Positions 19,155 through 28,473 of a stretch of 64,000 bases of DNA are shown in pieces. The notes beneath the pieces are model-generated. The model saw nothing but the letters and a program-made list of their open reading frames with translations, did not search any database and had not been told where the DNA came from. The DNA lies in the IMG/VR virus record IMGVR_UViG_3300034073_003245, positions 1-64,000 of that record, one strand, 5' to 3'. The translations under genes and the position numbers were made by a program. Positions within the stretch are counted from its first letter, which is position 1. Each line of letters opens with the position of its first letter. The stretch is from a virus.

Positions 19155-19874
19155 TTACACCAACTGCATGTAGTTGACTGTTCCTGGAAAATCGCCCGTC
19201 ACATCAGTTTCTATAGAGTACGGTAGTTGTGGCGCGCTTGAAACTATAAGTATTACTCCGCCTCCCGCTGGAGGTGTAGCAGGGGCGGCTATGGAACCAA
19301 AGCCAGATATATAGCGGGCAGCAATAATAACTACTCCGCCACCAGCCTCCCCTGAGCCACCGGCACCCCCTCTGAGCCACGTCGGTCCACCGGATGCCGT
19401 TATGGAGTAGCCCTTAATTGCTTGATGGGGGACAGTCCACCACGACGTTCCACCCAGGGATTCCAGTGGTGGCGTTGCAGTTGTCGTATTTCCAGAACCT
19501 CCCAGCGAATGGGTTACCGACTGCAAAGCCGCACCCCCCTGGTAAATACTTCCAGGGGTTGACCATCCTGATGTAAAGCCAATAATGGAGGTGCCATGCA
19601 TCATAAGCATATTCTTGACAAATATTCTGTACCCCTTGGGGGCAAGACGTACTTGGTCATTTATGGTCAAGTTATGAAAGTACATGTCTCTCGTCATTGA
19701 GTAGACATTGTCATCCTGCCCCTCTGAGCCTGGAACCATTCCAAGCACTGTATCTATGCCATTAAGTACGGCATTTCCGTCAGAACCAGTTCCATAAATA
19801 GGGTCAGCAGCATCAATGAAGTCATTGATGTCAGCCTGTTTGTTGATTCTTGAAATGCTGTTGAAGTACGTCAT
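19155..19874 (-). CDS. Gly-rich structural protein, paralog of 17394..19148 without the insert
   Basis: IYGTGSDG, RDMYFHNL, GYRIFVKN, GGGVVIIAA. Confidence 0.65.
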   Translation of the reverse strand: MTYFNSISRINKQADINDFIDAADPIYGTGSDGNAVLNGIDTVLGMVPGSEGQDDNVYSMTRDMYFHNLTINDQVRLAPKGYRIFVKNMLMMHGTSIIGFTSGWSTPGSIYQGGAALQSVTHSLGGSGNTTTATPPLESLGGTSWWTVPHQAIKGYSITASGGPTWLRGGAGGSGEAGGGVVIIAARYISGFGSIAAPATPPAGGGVILIVSSAPQLPYSIETDVTGDFPGTVNYMQLV

Positions 19875-19875
19875 A

Positions 19876-20217
19876 TCACACCGTTGTTGTTACGACTCCA
19901 GAAATAATCAGGTTTACTACATCGTCGTCAGAAGCGCTCGCCCAAATTTTTTCGCCATTAGATATCGGCAAACTTGTCATAACCATGACTGTTTCGTTGG
20001 CGCTAATTGAGAATTCGCTAAAAAACCTGTCGGTCGCAGCAGAAGTTGTAGCAGCACTGTCCGTTAAAGCAAGGCTTACGGTCACAGTGCTTGCGCTTGT
20101 GTTGCACAGCATTACCTGCGTAATCAGAACATCGGTTGACGAAGGAACTGTATAGACAACTTCGTCGGTTGCGTCAATAGGAGTTTTGACTAATCTTGTT
20201 TGTACTGGGATAGACAT
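19876..20217 (-). CDS. Small structural protein
   Basis: VYTVP....I..V.LCNT pattern, similar to 26504..26836. Confidence 0.6.
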   Translation of the reverse strand: MSIPVQTRLVKTPIDATDEVVYTVPSSTDVLITQVMLCNTSASTVTVSLALTDSAATTSAATDRFFSEFSISANETVMVMTSLPISNGEKIWASASDDDVVNLIISGVVTTTV

Positions 20218-20225
20218 TTTTTACC

Positions 20226-22271
20226 TCAGGTCTTGATGATGTAGTTAAGGACTAAGTACGGTTGCAGGTTATTGTGCGCCGCTCCGCCACCAGTGTTTTG
20301 GTTTGTTGCGGTTGTGTTGTTTGTGGTAAACGAGTGAGAGTGGTCACCGGCTGATGAGGTATTGGCTAGTCGCGCGTAGTGATAGAAACCATATGATCCA
20401 GCAGGACCCATTCCGCTTGTGTTATAAGCCTCGTTGTATGTGTGAGTGTGCGCCCCCGCTGTTGAAGTTGTACCAGAGTGCGCGTGGGCATTCTGAGTGT
20501 GGGTGTGGCTTGGCATTTCATTGACCGTAAGCGTGTGCGTTTTTGCACCACCAGTTTCTCCAAGACCATCAAATTCTGCCTGACCAGAGTCAAAACCGAC
20601 AGGTATGCGCCCCTTTAAGTTTGGTATTCCAAATGTCGTAGAACCGTCACCAGAACCGTAAGTTGTGCCAATTACCGCAAACAGTGCTGCATAAGTCGTT
20701 CTTGAAACATTGCTACCGTCGCAGATCAACCACCCAGTGGGAGCCGACGATGCAGCGAACTGCGTGATTGATCCCGATGGAACACCTAAATTTGCGTTAA
20801 CCCACCCAGATCCGTCATACCCAATAACCTGGCCAGATGTAACGCTTGTAATTGTCACATCACCAACATCGTCAAGAGAGTTAATTGTGGGAACAGAATC
20901 TGGCACCCAGGAAGTACCGTCAAACTTTAAGAAATCTCCAGTATCTGGAGCCGAGGCAGAGACGTTGCTGATGTCGTCAAGAACAACAGTTCCCATCGCC
21001 GTTGAATGGTCGTGAGAATCATGGCGAGCAGTGTTTAGATATTGGGTGTGGTCGTCATCCCCAAGACCAGTCATATTTCCGTGGTCAGAGACTGGGACTG
21101 TTGGTATTCCGAATCCACCACTGATGATTGAGCGAAGGTCTGTTACTTCCCTAAACGCTGCCTTGGGGTTGTTTGTATACGAATCTTTGCACTCGTATAT
21201 AACTTTGTACAGCGGTCGGAACTCAACAACCGGAAAACCATCAAGGTTTAGACTTTCATAAAACGCTGCTTCTGCTGCGCCTTTTTCTCCGTATGATGCC
21301 TGTCCAAGAACCGCAATAATTGGGTAGTTGAGATTGTTGGTAGCAAGAATATAAGATATGCCAAAACTGTTATTTGGCAAATCTGGTTTTGACCATACTC
21401 CGCCAGAAAAGGCATTGTATGCAGGGAGACTTTCTCCTTCTTTTAATGGGAAGGTGGTCGGAGCGTCAGCGACCCATTCACCAGCGCCAATTTTGTAAAA
21501 GACCGGAATCTCCGCAGCGCCCTGGAGAACCTGCTCCCATGTGTCCGCAGTGGGAGTGGCTGAATGAACAATGTCAACCTGAAGATCTTCGTCAAAGAAT
21601 GTTCCGTTAGCGATGTCAAGTTGTGCATCAGAGTCGGAAGTTCCGTCACCAAGTAGCGTGTATGCCGAAGCACCAAAACCATTAGCGATAGCCGCACCAC
21701 GAGTTCTGTGTAGATACTCATGTGTCGCCCAGTCAAGAGTAATACCGTGTCTTTCGTCTGCGAAGAAATACGCTTTATCGTCTGTGGCGTTCCAATAGAC
21801 GTAGGCAGTTGGCGTGTCTTCATCCCATGTAAAAAATGTTGTTTTATAAGAAAGAACACCGCTTGCATTAAAGTAGATGTAGTAAAGGCCAGTAGTGTCA
21901 GGAATCGTGACGGTTTCTGTTGTGGTCTTTACGTAGCGTACGCCCTTGCACCAGACCGTATATGACGTTACGCTTGGGGCAATAGAAAATGTTCTTGTTG
22001 CCTCATTGAATGAAATAACGCTTTCTGACTTATCTTCGTGGCCAATTGGTTCTGAATCAGCGCCAGTTGCATTAACCCACTCTGAGCCGTCGTACTCTAG
22101 GAATTCTCCATTTTGTGGCGTTGTTATGCCAACATCAGTCAGATCATCAAGCGGTATTCCTACGCCGGTTCCACTGACAAGACGCCAGGCACTGCCGTCC
22201 CACTTCCAGGTCTTGGAACCGGCAGTAAATTCGTCGTTTACGGATGGTGTATTTGGGAAGTCAATAGCCAC
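20226..22271 (-). CDS. Tail fibre with tail-collar domain and HxH needle
   Basis: MAIDFP N-terminus, LDDLTDV repeats, collar APTGWLICDG.VSRTTYAALFAVIGT.YG.GDG.TTF..PNL, HTH/HAH/HSH motifs. Confidence 0.85.
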   Translation of the reverse strand: MAIDFPNTPSVNDEFTAGSKTWKWDGSAWRLVSGTGVGIPLDDLTDVGITTPQNGEFLEYDGSEWVNATGADSEPIGHEDKSESVISFNEATRTFSIAPSVTSYTVWCKGVRYVKTTTETVTIPDTTGLYYIYFNASGVLSYKTTFFTWDEDTPTAYVYWNATDDKAYFFADERHGITLDWATHEYLHRTRGAAIANGFGASAYTLLGDGTSDSDAQLDIANGTFFDEDLQVDIVHSATPTADTWEQVLQGAAEIPVFYKIGAGEWVADAPTTFPLKEGESLPAYNAFSGGVWSKPDLPNNSFGISYILATNNLNYPIIAVLGQASYGEKGAAEAAFYESLNLDGFPVVEFRPLYKVIYECKDSYTNNPKAAFREVTDLRSIISGGFGIPTVPVSDHGNMTGLGDDDHTQYLNTARHDSHDHSTAMGTVVLDDISNVSASAPDTGDFLKFDGTSWVPDSVPTINSLDDVGDVTITSVTSGQVIGYDGSGWVNANLGVPSGSITQFAASSAPTGWLICDGSNVSRTTYAALFAVIGTTYGSGDGSTTFGIPNLKGRIPVGFDSGQAEFDGLGETGGAKTHTLTVNEMPSHTHTQNAHAHSGTTSTAGAHTHTYNEAYNTSGMGPAGSYGFYHYARLANTSSAGDHSHSFTTNNTTATNQNTGGGAAHNNLQPYLVLNYIIKT

Positions 22272-22447
22272 TACTCAACCTCCCACGGTTCAGGTGTGTT
22301 ACCCTCAGCAAGCCACGCAAGATACTGTTGATAATCAGTATTAGCAGGATCGGGGGGAATAGACAAAACCATTCCATCTTCAGTTCGTGCCATGATTGAT
22401 TCCTGTGAACCAACAGGCCGTTCGTGTTTCCAAATCAAGTATCGCAT
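22271..22447 (-). CDS. Tail fibre assembly/chaperone-like protein (absent from ORF track)
   Basis: 58 aa, IPPDPANTDYQQYLAWLAEGNTPEPW. Confidence 0.75.
   Translation of the reverse strand: MRYLIWKHERPVGSQESIMARTEDGMVLSIPPDPANTDYQQYLAWLAEGNTPEPWEVE
22279..22342. repeat. 64-bp dispersed repeat, copy 1 (copy 2 at 25302..25365)
   Basis: 56/64 identical by eye, including an exact 22-mer cctcccacggttcaggtgtgtt. Confidence 0.8.
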
Positions 22448-23745
22448 TACAACTCAGCCTGAACAGAAATAAACGCATTAGCATTTCTTGTGTACAACAT
22501 CCCGGCTACCCCGTTAGTGCTTGTTGCACCAACAATAGACCCATACACACGACAACTATGGGGTGTTGCTTGGTCAAGAGTCATTGAATCAACTCTTTGT
22601 TCTACGGCCAGCACATACACACCGTAATATTGGGAGCCGGAAACATAGGACAGCGTGGGGGTAGCCCTCATATGTTGGGGAAAATGAAGCACTGCTTCCC
22701 ATGTTGTGCTTCCTGTCATGTATGCCAATCCGAACGCTTTGCCTGTGCCGGATGCGAGATTGGTGTAGTACCGCTGGCAGAGTGCCAACTCAATACCATA
22801 CGGTCTCTGCTCAAACGGGGTCGCCTGAGAGTTGGCCTCTAATTGCACGCCCGTAATGGCAAATATGTCGTTTGTCGTATCAAGTGCATCAACTGTCCCA
22901 GTTGCACCAAGAATGATTCCGGTAGAATCGCTAAACCAAGAATTAACCGTTGAGGTCTGCTGCTCGCTGCCGATCTGAACGGGGAAGTAAACACGCAGAC
23001 CAGTGCCGTTGTCCTTTAACCATGTGCCAGACGAATCACCGGGCAAGGTAACTGTTTTGTACTCCCAAGTATTTACCGCATTAACCGTATAGGTAGTAAT
23101 GTATTTTCTATCTTCAGAGTTATTCCCGAAGGCGACAGAATGAGTCCCAGTTGCTGCAGAACGGACCCAGAAAGAAAGGCTTAGTTGCTTTGCCTCGCTG
23201 GTGCCATAGGCTAGAAAAGCAACATTGTTTCCCTCAATACGGTGTTCAAAGTAGTTAGCCGAACTGGTCCCAGCGGCAAGACCTAGAGTTGCCGTCATTC
23301 TTAGGGAGTTTGTAAACCCAGTAGGCGCGTCTGTTGATTGCGCTACGCTCATCGCGGAACCACCAAACTTAAAAAAATACCATCGGTCAACAGAGTACCC
23401 AGCGCCAGTAATGGTGGCATTACGCTGGTTTATCAGCATATCTCCATTGATGATGAGGTTGCGGTTCGCTGGGGCTCCCGTAGAGCCAGCCGGACCAGTC
23501 TCGCCCTGAATACCTTGCGGACCAGGGTCACCCTGAACCCCCTGCGGACCAGCAGGACCAGTTTCACCCTGAATGCCTTGCGGGCCGGTTGCGCCAGTTT
23601 CTCCCTGTGGGCCCTGTGGCCCTGTCGGCCCTACTGCGCCGCCGACAACCAAAAGAATCCAGGATGATCCGTCCCACTTCCACGTACGGTCGCCAGAAGT
23701 GAATTCGTCGTTTAGTGCTGGGGAGTTAGGAAAATCAATAGCCAT
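22447..23745 (-). CDS. Tail fibre with collagen-like repeats and a carbohydrate-binding-like domain
   Basis: MAIDFP, (GPQ/GET)n, [27 protein letters not shown]. Confidence 0.8.
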   Translation of the reverse strand: MAIDFPNSPALNDEFTSGDRTWKWDGSSWILLVVGGAVGPTGPQGPQGETGATGPQGIQGETGPAGPQGVQGDPGPQGIQGETGPAGSTGAPANRNLIINGDMLINQRNATITGAGYSVDRWYFFKFGGSAMSVAQSTDAPTGFTNSLRMTATLGLAAGTSSANYFEHRIEGNNVAFLAYGTSEAKQLSLSFWVRSAATGTHSVAFGNNSEDRKYITTYTVNAVNTWEYKTVTLPGDSSGTWLKDNGTGLRVYFPVQIGSEQQTSTVNSWFSDSTGIILGATGTVDALDTTNDIFAITGVQLEANSQATPFEQRPYGIELALCQRYYTNLASGTGKAFGLAYMTGSTTWEAVLHFPQHMRATPTLSYVSGSQYYGVYVLAVEQRVDSMTLDQATPHSCRVYGSIVGATSTNGVAGMLYTRNANAFISVQAEL

Positions 23746-23755
23746 TTACATACCC

Positions 23756-24451
23756 CTAGTTACGGTAACCGTACACCCGAATAGTGCCACCATTGAAGTT
23801 TCCAGAACTCATGTTTAGCGTAAAGCCAGTGTATGGTTCATTATTTGCCTGCATCCCGCCGCCGTAGCCAAATACATCTTCCATGCTGGCCATCCATGTA
23901 GCGTTAGTGCGAAAGCCCCTATTTGGGTTGAAGACCGTCATATCAACAGCACCATCGTCTGTTCTGCTTGAATAAGCCAAGACCCAGTATGCTCCGTTGT
24001 TAATCCTGTTGTAAGACGGAGTTGCACTTGATGCTGCTTGGTAACTGTAGACAGAGTAGTAACCGGAGTTTACCCCAGTTAATGTGAAAAAAATAAAAGC
24101 GGCTGCAGTATCAATGTCAATTTTTGACATCATAATTTTATAGTTGTCATAACTTGAATTGAAAGCATTTGTAACACTCACTGTTGATATTCCAGAGTTT
24201 ACTGTGATGACACCATTTGATGCTGTGCCACCCGCTGAACACCCAACACCCGTAATCAACTCTAATCCCGGTGGGTTTGCTGTCGTTGAGTTCGGCGCAA
24301 CCCACGCCGACCCGTTCCACACCAACAACTGATTCGTGTCCAACTGGTAGATCAGTTGCCCCTCATACGGAGAGACAGGACGGCTAGCAGTGTCAGCAAC
24401 AACACCAGCCTGAGCAATACGAGACGACGGGATTTGATTACTGAGGCCCAT
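23756..24451 (-). CDS. Minor tail/fibre protein
   Basis: RP.SPYEGQLIY..DT, F.S.YDNYKI, IRVYGYR. Confidence 0.7.
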   Translation of the reverse strand: MGLSNQIPSSRIAQAGVVADTASRPVSPYEGQLIYQLDTNQLLVWNGSAWVAPNSTTANPPGLELITGVGCSAGGTASNGVITVNSGISTVSVTNAFNSSYDNYKIMMSKIDIDTAAAFIFFTLTGVNSGYYSVYSYQAASSATPSYNRINNGAYWVLAYSSRTDDGAVDMTVFNPNRGFRTNATWMASMEDVFGYGGGMQANNEPYTGFTLNMSSGNFNGGTIRVYGYRN

Positions 24452-24579
24452 CACTCACCACCCAATAGTTCAGGTGTGTTCGCCTGCTGTTCCATCCAGG
24501 CCTCGTATTCCTCTTCCGTCATCGGACGCACAAGGTCATCAATCTGGATATTGGGCCATTCAGGACTTTCTGTATCCAT
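24451..24579 (-). CDS. 42-aa fibre-associated peptide (absent from ORF track)
   Basis: PNIQIDDLVRPMTEEEYEAWMEQQANTPELLGGE; fills the gap between two fibre genes. Start uncertain. Confidence 0.5.
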   Translation of the reverse strand: MDTESPEWPNIQIDDLVRPMTEEEYEAWMEQQANTPELLGGE

Positions 24580-25294
24580 AAACACAGATAACACCTCCAT
24601 TCATCGCAGACGAAGAACTAAGAACAAAACCAGTATAAGCAGAAGCAACTTTATGCACAGAAGTTGACCTCCCTAACCCCAAGTCTGTTCTCCAAAGTTC
24701 AGAATTGAAAATTGTGTGTCTGGCAAGATTTGGCCCCATCACGGTTATGTCACAGTATGTACCACCCGTGTAATTTGCCCCTGCCCAGTTAGCAGATGTC
24801 TGACTGACGCTCCTTGCGGCCTGTGGTGAACCTGAACCAAATGTTACATATGTGATAGCAGAGTCATAATCCGCACTAGTACCGCCAGACAACTGAATAT
24901 TCATATCGCCATTAGCAGAACCAGCGCCCCCAGAATAAAGAATTTTATAGTTATCGTATGTTGAAGAAAAGGCACTAGATACTGTTACAGAATAAACATT
25001 ATTGCCGACCGTTTGTGACTTAATAAAAACTAGACCACCAGCAGAATTAGCAAATGCGGTAGTGGCTATTTGTGTCGTATTTGTACCAGTCGTAGCAGTA
25101 GGTGATGTAGGAACCCCGGTTAGCGATGGTGAATCGCTAGAAATAAAATTTCCATCCCACGAAGAACCATTCCAAATTTTGACAAGGTCTGTGTCGGTCT
25201 CGTAGATCATCTGTCCCTCATACGGAGTGGTGGGGCGTGTGGTTGATGTGCAGACTCCGGGCCTGAACCCCGACTCAAGGTTGTTGATAGCCAT
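24560..25294 (-). CDS. Minor tail/fibre protein, paralog of 23756..24451
   Basis: RPTTPYEGQMIYETDT, SPSLTGVPT.PTA..GTNTTQIATTAF, VYGYRK. Confidence 0.7.
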   Translation of the reverse strand: MAINNLESGFRPGVCTSTTRPTTPYEGQMIYETDTDLVKIWNGSSWDGNFISSDSPSLTGVPTSPTATTGTNTTQIATTAFANSAGGLVFIKSQTVGNNVYSVTVSSAFSSTYDNYKILYSGGAGSANGDMNIQLSGGTSADYDSAITYVTFGSGSPQAARSVSQTSANWAGANYTGGTYCDITVMGPNLARHTIFNSELWRTDLGLGRSTSVHKVASAYTGFVLSSSSAMNGGVICVYGYRKS

Positions 25295-25461
25295 TACTGG
25301 GCCTCCCACGGTTCAGGTGTGTTGCCTTCTTCTAGCCACGCAAGATACTGCTGATAATCGGTGTTCGCTAAATCTTTAGGTATAGCACAAATAAAATCAT
25401 CATTGTGAAACATGCATAGATAATCAGAAACCAAATCTTTATATTCTTTATATTTAATCAT
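25294..25461 (-). CDS. Tail fibre assembly/chaperone-like protein (absent from ORF track)
   Basis: 55 aa, IPKDLANTDYQQYLAWLEEGNTPEPW. Confidence 0.75.
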   Translation of the reverse strand: MIKYKEYKDLVSDYLCMFHNDDFICAIPKDLANTDYQQYLAWLEEGNTPEPWEAQ

Positions 25462-26501
25462 TACAACTCCGAACTAAGCCATAAAGTTCTATTTGGGTCG
25501 CCCCAGTTGCCAAAATAAATTGTTCCATTTCCTAGTGCAGCGCCAGAATAATTAAACTGAATACCTAGCCCACCGCCATAGATTCCGTAAGAAGTGATTG
25601 TTCTAAGGTTTGAATTATTGTCTGCAATGTATGGGGGGTAAGACCCTATTGGATATGTTGGGTCAGTGCTGGCGGAAGGGACAGCCCTCATAGGAACCGG
25701 GTTAAGAACATTAATAGGAACAACTGCATATGTTCCAAAACCTGAAATCTGAAATGAAGGCAACCCAGTAACAGACAAAGGCTTAGCCCAAAAGTACCGC
25801 TGGCACAACGCCAACTCGGCACCTATCGGCCTCTGCTCAAACGGGGTTGCCTTAAGATTGACTTCAACCTGCACATTAGTAATATGATACTCAAAAGAAG
25901 AAAAACTACTATTTTCAAACTCCAGAGCAACATAACTGGTGTTTGCAGTAGTGCCAAGAGTTTTTCCTGAAATACTAGGAGGAACAAAAGTGTACGAATA
26001 TTCTTTCCACGATGAAGAAAGACTAATTGAAGTAGCAACAGTAGTAGAAACCTGACTTGACGGAGAACCACCAGTCCCAAAATTCTGAACAATTCTCAAG
26101 GTTTGTATTGCGTTGTTACTTGGAGATTTTGCCCAAAAAGAAACAGTAACAGGAAACGGAGGAAGAGAGTTGACATTCTCAATTCTCTGAATAAGCCTTC
26201 TAGAAGCACCAGTGCCCCCATACCAACGAATATACCTTTCAATAGGTGTTATACCCGCATAATCCACCCCAGGGGATGTAGAAACAATATCAACCATGCT
26301 CAAAGTAAGAGGAAGCCCTGAATCGCTAGATGAAATAGCCCACCTATCTGCGGTATACACCAAAGCACCCGCTTGACCTGCCGCGATACTTGTAGTAGTA
26401 CCCCTTTGATTAATCCGCATATTTCCATTAATGATAAGATTGCGGAAACCCAACCCTGCCGGAAAAAATGCAGACGGCCCTAGAGCAGCAGAAATACCCA
26501 T
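25461..26501 (-). CDS. Tail fibre/receptor-binding protein
   Basis: FRNLIINGNM.INQR...[19 protein letters not shown]; paralog of 22447..23745. Confidence 0.75.
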   Translation of the reverse strand: MGISAALGPSAFFPAGLGFRNLIINGNMRINQRGTTTSIAAGQAGALVYTADRWAISSSDSGLPLTLSMVDIVSTSPGVDYAGITPIERYIRWYGGTGASRRLIQRIENVNSLPPFPVTVSFWAKSPSNNAIQTLRIVQNFGTGGSPSSQVSTTVATSISLSSSWKEYSYTFVPPSISGKTLGTTANTSYVALEFENSSFSSFEYHITNVQVEVNLKATPFEQRPIGAELALCQRYFWAKPLSVTGLPSFQISGFGTYAVVPINVLNPVPMRAVPSASTDPTYPIGSYPPYIADNNSNLRTITSYGIYGGGLGIQFNYSGAALGNGTIYFGNWGDPNRTLWLSSEL

Positions 26502-26503
26502 CC

Positions 26504-26836
26504 CTAGACTTCCTTTTCCCAACCCATAACCGTGCAATTCACGCCCGCACGGTCAGCAAACCCCTGAAGGGTTTCAGCGGCCTCCAACACCAACGCCGTA
26601 TCCCACACAATCGTGTCGTACGCCGCAATCGGCAACGCCGACAAAACACGGTTTGACGCTGTAGCCGCCGATCCGATAGCGAGATAGATCAACGCCTCAG
26701 CACCGCCAGTGTTAGTAAACACAACCTGCTTCAGCGTCCACTGCCGTGATGCTGGGACCGTTGCGAGGGTGTCGTTGCTGGTCGGCATCTCCGCAGGTCC
26801 ATCTAGTCTTTTTTCAGTTCTGTCGCCAGCGGCCAT
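26504..26836 (-). CDS. Small structural protein
   Basis: TVPA....LKQVVFTNT...LVLEAAE pattern. Confidence 0.6.
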   Translation of the reverse strand: MAAGDRTEKRLDGPAEMPTSNDTLATVPASRQWTLKQVVFTNTGGAEALIYLAIGSAATASNRVLSALPIAAYDTIVWDTALVLEAAETLQGFADRAGVNCTVMGWEKEV

Positions 26837-26837
26837 G

Positions 26838-28232
26838 TCAAACTCCTACGTCCATTGCCAAAATTGCGCCATAGCGAGGGTCGCTATAGGCATCTGTTGT
26901 GACGGCCTTATAGTTTGTGCCATCAGTTGTCAGTTCCCACTTGTCTGTTGTCTCGTTCCAGCGCAGTTGCACATTAACAGAAGTTCCACGCTCAATCTCT
27001 ATTCCAGCGTTAAGAGTTGGAGAACCAGTGACGCCAGAATTTAGTACAACTATGTTGTCTTCAACGAGCAAATTCTCTGTATTGAGAGTTGTAGTTGTTC
27101 CAGAGACAGTCAAATCTCCAGTGACGACAAGATTGTCGTCAATCGTAACGGTGCCACCGGCTGAATCAATTGTTAGGTTCCCAGTAGTTGTATCAATTTC
27201 CCCAGTATCAGTTACCCCGACTCTTATTTTTCCAGATGTAACTGAGTCAAAAGTTACTGCGTCGCCCGTCCCAACCGCCTGCCCAATCGCAATAGTCGGG
27301 TTTGAGCCTTCGCCTGGGGTGTGAGTAACGGTGACGCCGGTGCCTGCGGTTACATCAGAAACATAGTTGCCAGTTGTATCTGTGCCAAGGTCAATAGCGT
27401 CGTTTACCCAGGCTGAGCCGCTCCATTTCAAGAACTGACCACTAGCAGGCTCACCGATGCTTACGTCGCCAATGTCGTCAAGAGAAGTAATAGTGGTGCC
27501 AGCATTGTCTGTGCTGTTAATCCAGTTGGTTCCGTTGTATTTGAGGACCTGTCCCTCTGTGGGGGAAGTGATTACAACGTCGCCAATGTCATTGATTGAA
27601 GTAATGCTTGGTGTTCCGCCAGCGAGTTCTACCCATGAAGAATCGTAGTAAATAAAACTGCGACCAGTGCTTGAATCAAACCATAAGTCACCCTCAGATG
27701 GAGCAATTGGAGCAGTGTCGCTTACCTCAATGCTTGCGCCACCACCGCCGCCACCCCCTCCGCCAGTTTCAATCCAGGCGGAGTCGTAGTAAACAAACAT
27801 TGAACCGGTATCAGACTCGTACCAAAGATCCCCTTCTTCCGGCTCTGCAGGGGGTGTGTCGCTAATTTCAATACTTGCTCCGCCCCCTCCGGTGACTTGA
27901 TTCCAAAGATTGTTGGAGCGGAAGTAAAATACATGGTTAGTAGTGTCAATGGCAATCGCGCCATTTGGTAGTGCTGTAGTGGGGATGCCGTCTGTGGTTA
28001 CGGTAATAAGACCACTGATGGCCTTGAACACATCATCTGTTACAAGGGTGTTCTCGCCATCCCTGTAAAGAGTGGTGTCACCAGCAGATGATCCTGCTGA
28101 CCATGTAATACGCCCGCCTGCATCTATGCGGATTCTTGGGTGACCATCACCGTTGACACGGGCTGATACAGCCTCATCAGATGGGGAACTGAATTCAATC
28201 CCCCTCAGGGGAGTGCCAACGAATCTTGTCAC
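26838..28232 (-). CDS. Tail fibre-like protein
   Basis: Two P.EGDLW.S.TG..F.YYD..W repeats, INDIGDV repeats, NAGIEIERG. Confidence 0.7.
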   Translation of the reverse strand: MTRFVGTPLRGIEFSSPSDEAVSARVNGDGHPRIRIDAGGRITWSAGSSAGDTTLYRDGENTLVTDDVFKAISGLITVTTDGIPTTALPNGAIAIDTTNHVFYFRSNNLWNQVTGGGGASIEISDTPPAEPEEGDLWYESDTGSMFVYYDSAWIETGGGGGGGGGASIEVSDTAPIAPSEGDLWFDSSTGRSFIYYDSSWVELAGGTPSITSINDIGDVVITSPTEGQVLKYNGTNWINSTDNAGTTITSLDDIGDVSIGEPASGQFLKWSGSAWVNDAIDLGTDTTGNYVSDVTAGTGVTVTHTPGEGSNPTIAIGQAVGTGDAVTFDSVTSGKIRVGVTDTGEIDTTTGNLTIDSAGGTVTIDDNLVVTGDLTVSGTTTTLNTENLLVEDNIVVLNSGVTGSPTLNAGIEIERGTSVNVQLRWNETTDKWELTTDGTNYKAVTTDAYSDPRYGAILAMDVGV

Positions 28233-28276
28233 GACCTCAATCGCTTTCTTGTTTGCAGCCCCCTCGGGGGCTTATA

Positions 28277-28465
28277 TTAGGCCTTCTTGCCGAATGCTGT
28301 GTCGCCTGGGTTCAGGTAACGCATCACCACTGGGAGCGCCGCCGCCCACAGAGCGTTGAGCGTCAACTTGATGTCCTGGGTGGCAACATAGGTTGACACG
28401 CCAGCACCAAGAACGCTGCGGGCGTAAGAGGCGAGCATTGCCTTGTGTTCTGCTGATAGTTTCAT
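28277..28465 (-). CDS. Putative holin
   Basis: 62 aa, ASYARS...TM...RYLNP.D.AFG, typical of actinophage holins. Confidence 0.6.
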   Translation of the reverse strand: MKLSAEHKAMLASYARSVLGAGVSTYVATQDIKLTLNALWAAALPVVMRYLNPGDTAFGKKA

Positions 28466-28473
28466 GTTTTCTC

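Noticed and set aside
20226-26501. Diversity-generating retroelement or invertase shufflon
   Set aside because: No reverse transcriptase or recombinase is in the window; the repeats are direct and their mismatches are not adenine-specific.
28257-28272. Hairpin AGCCCC-N4-GGGGCT after the holin, and a weaker one near 45992-46004
   Set aside because: No convincing U-tract on the coding strand and the stems are short, so I did not call them terminators.
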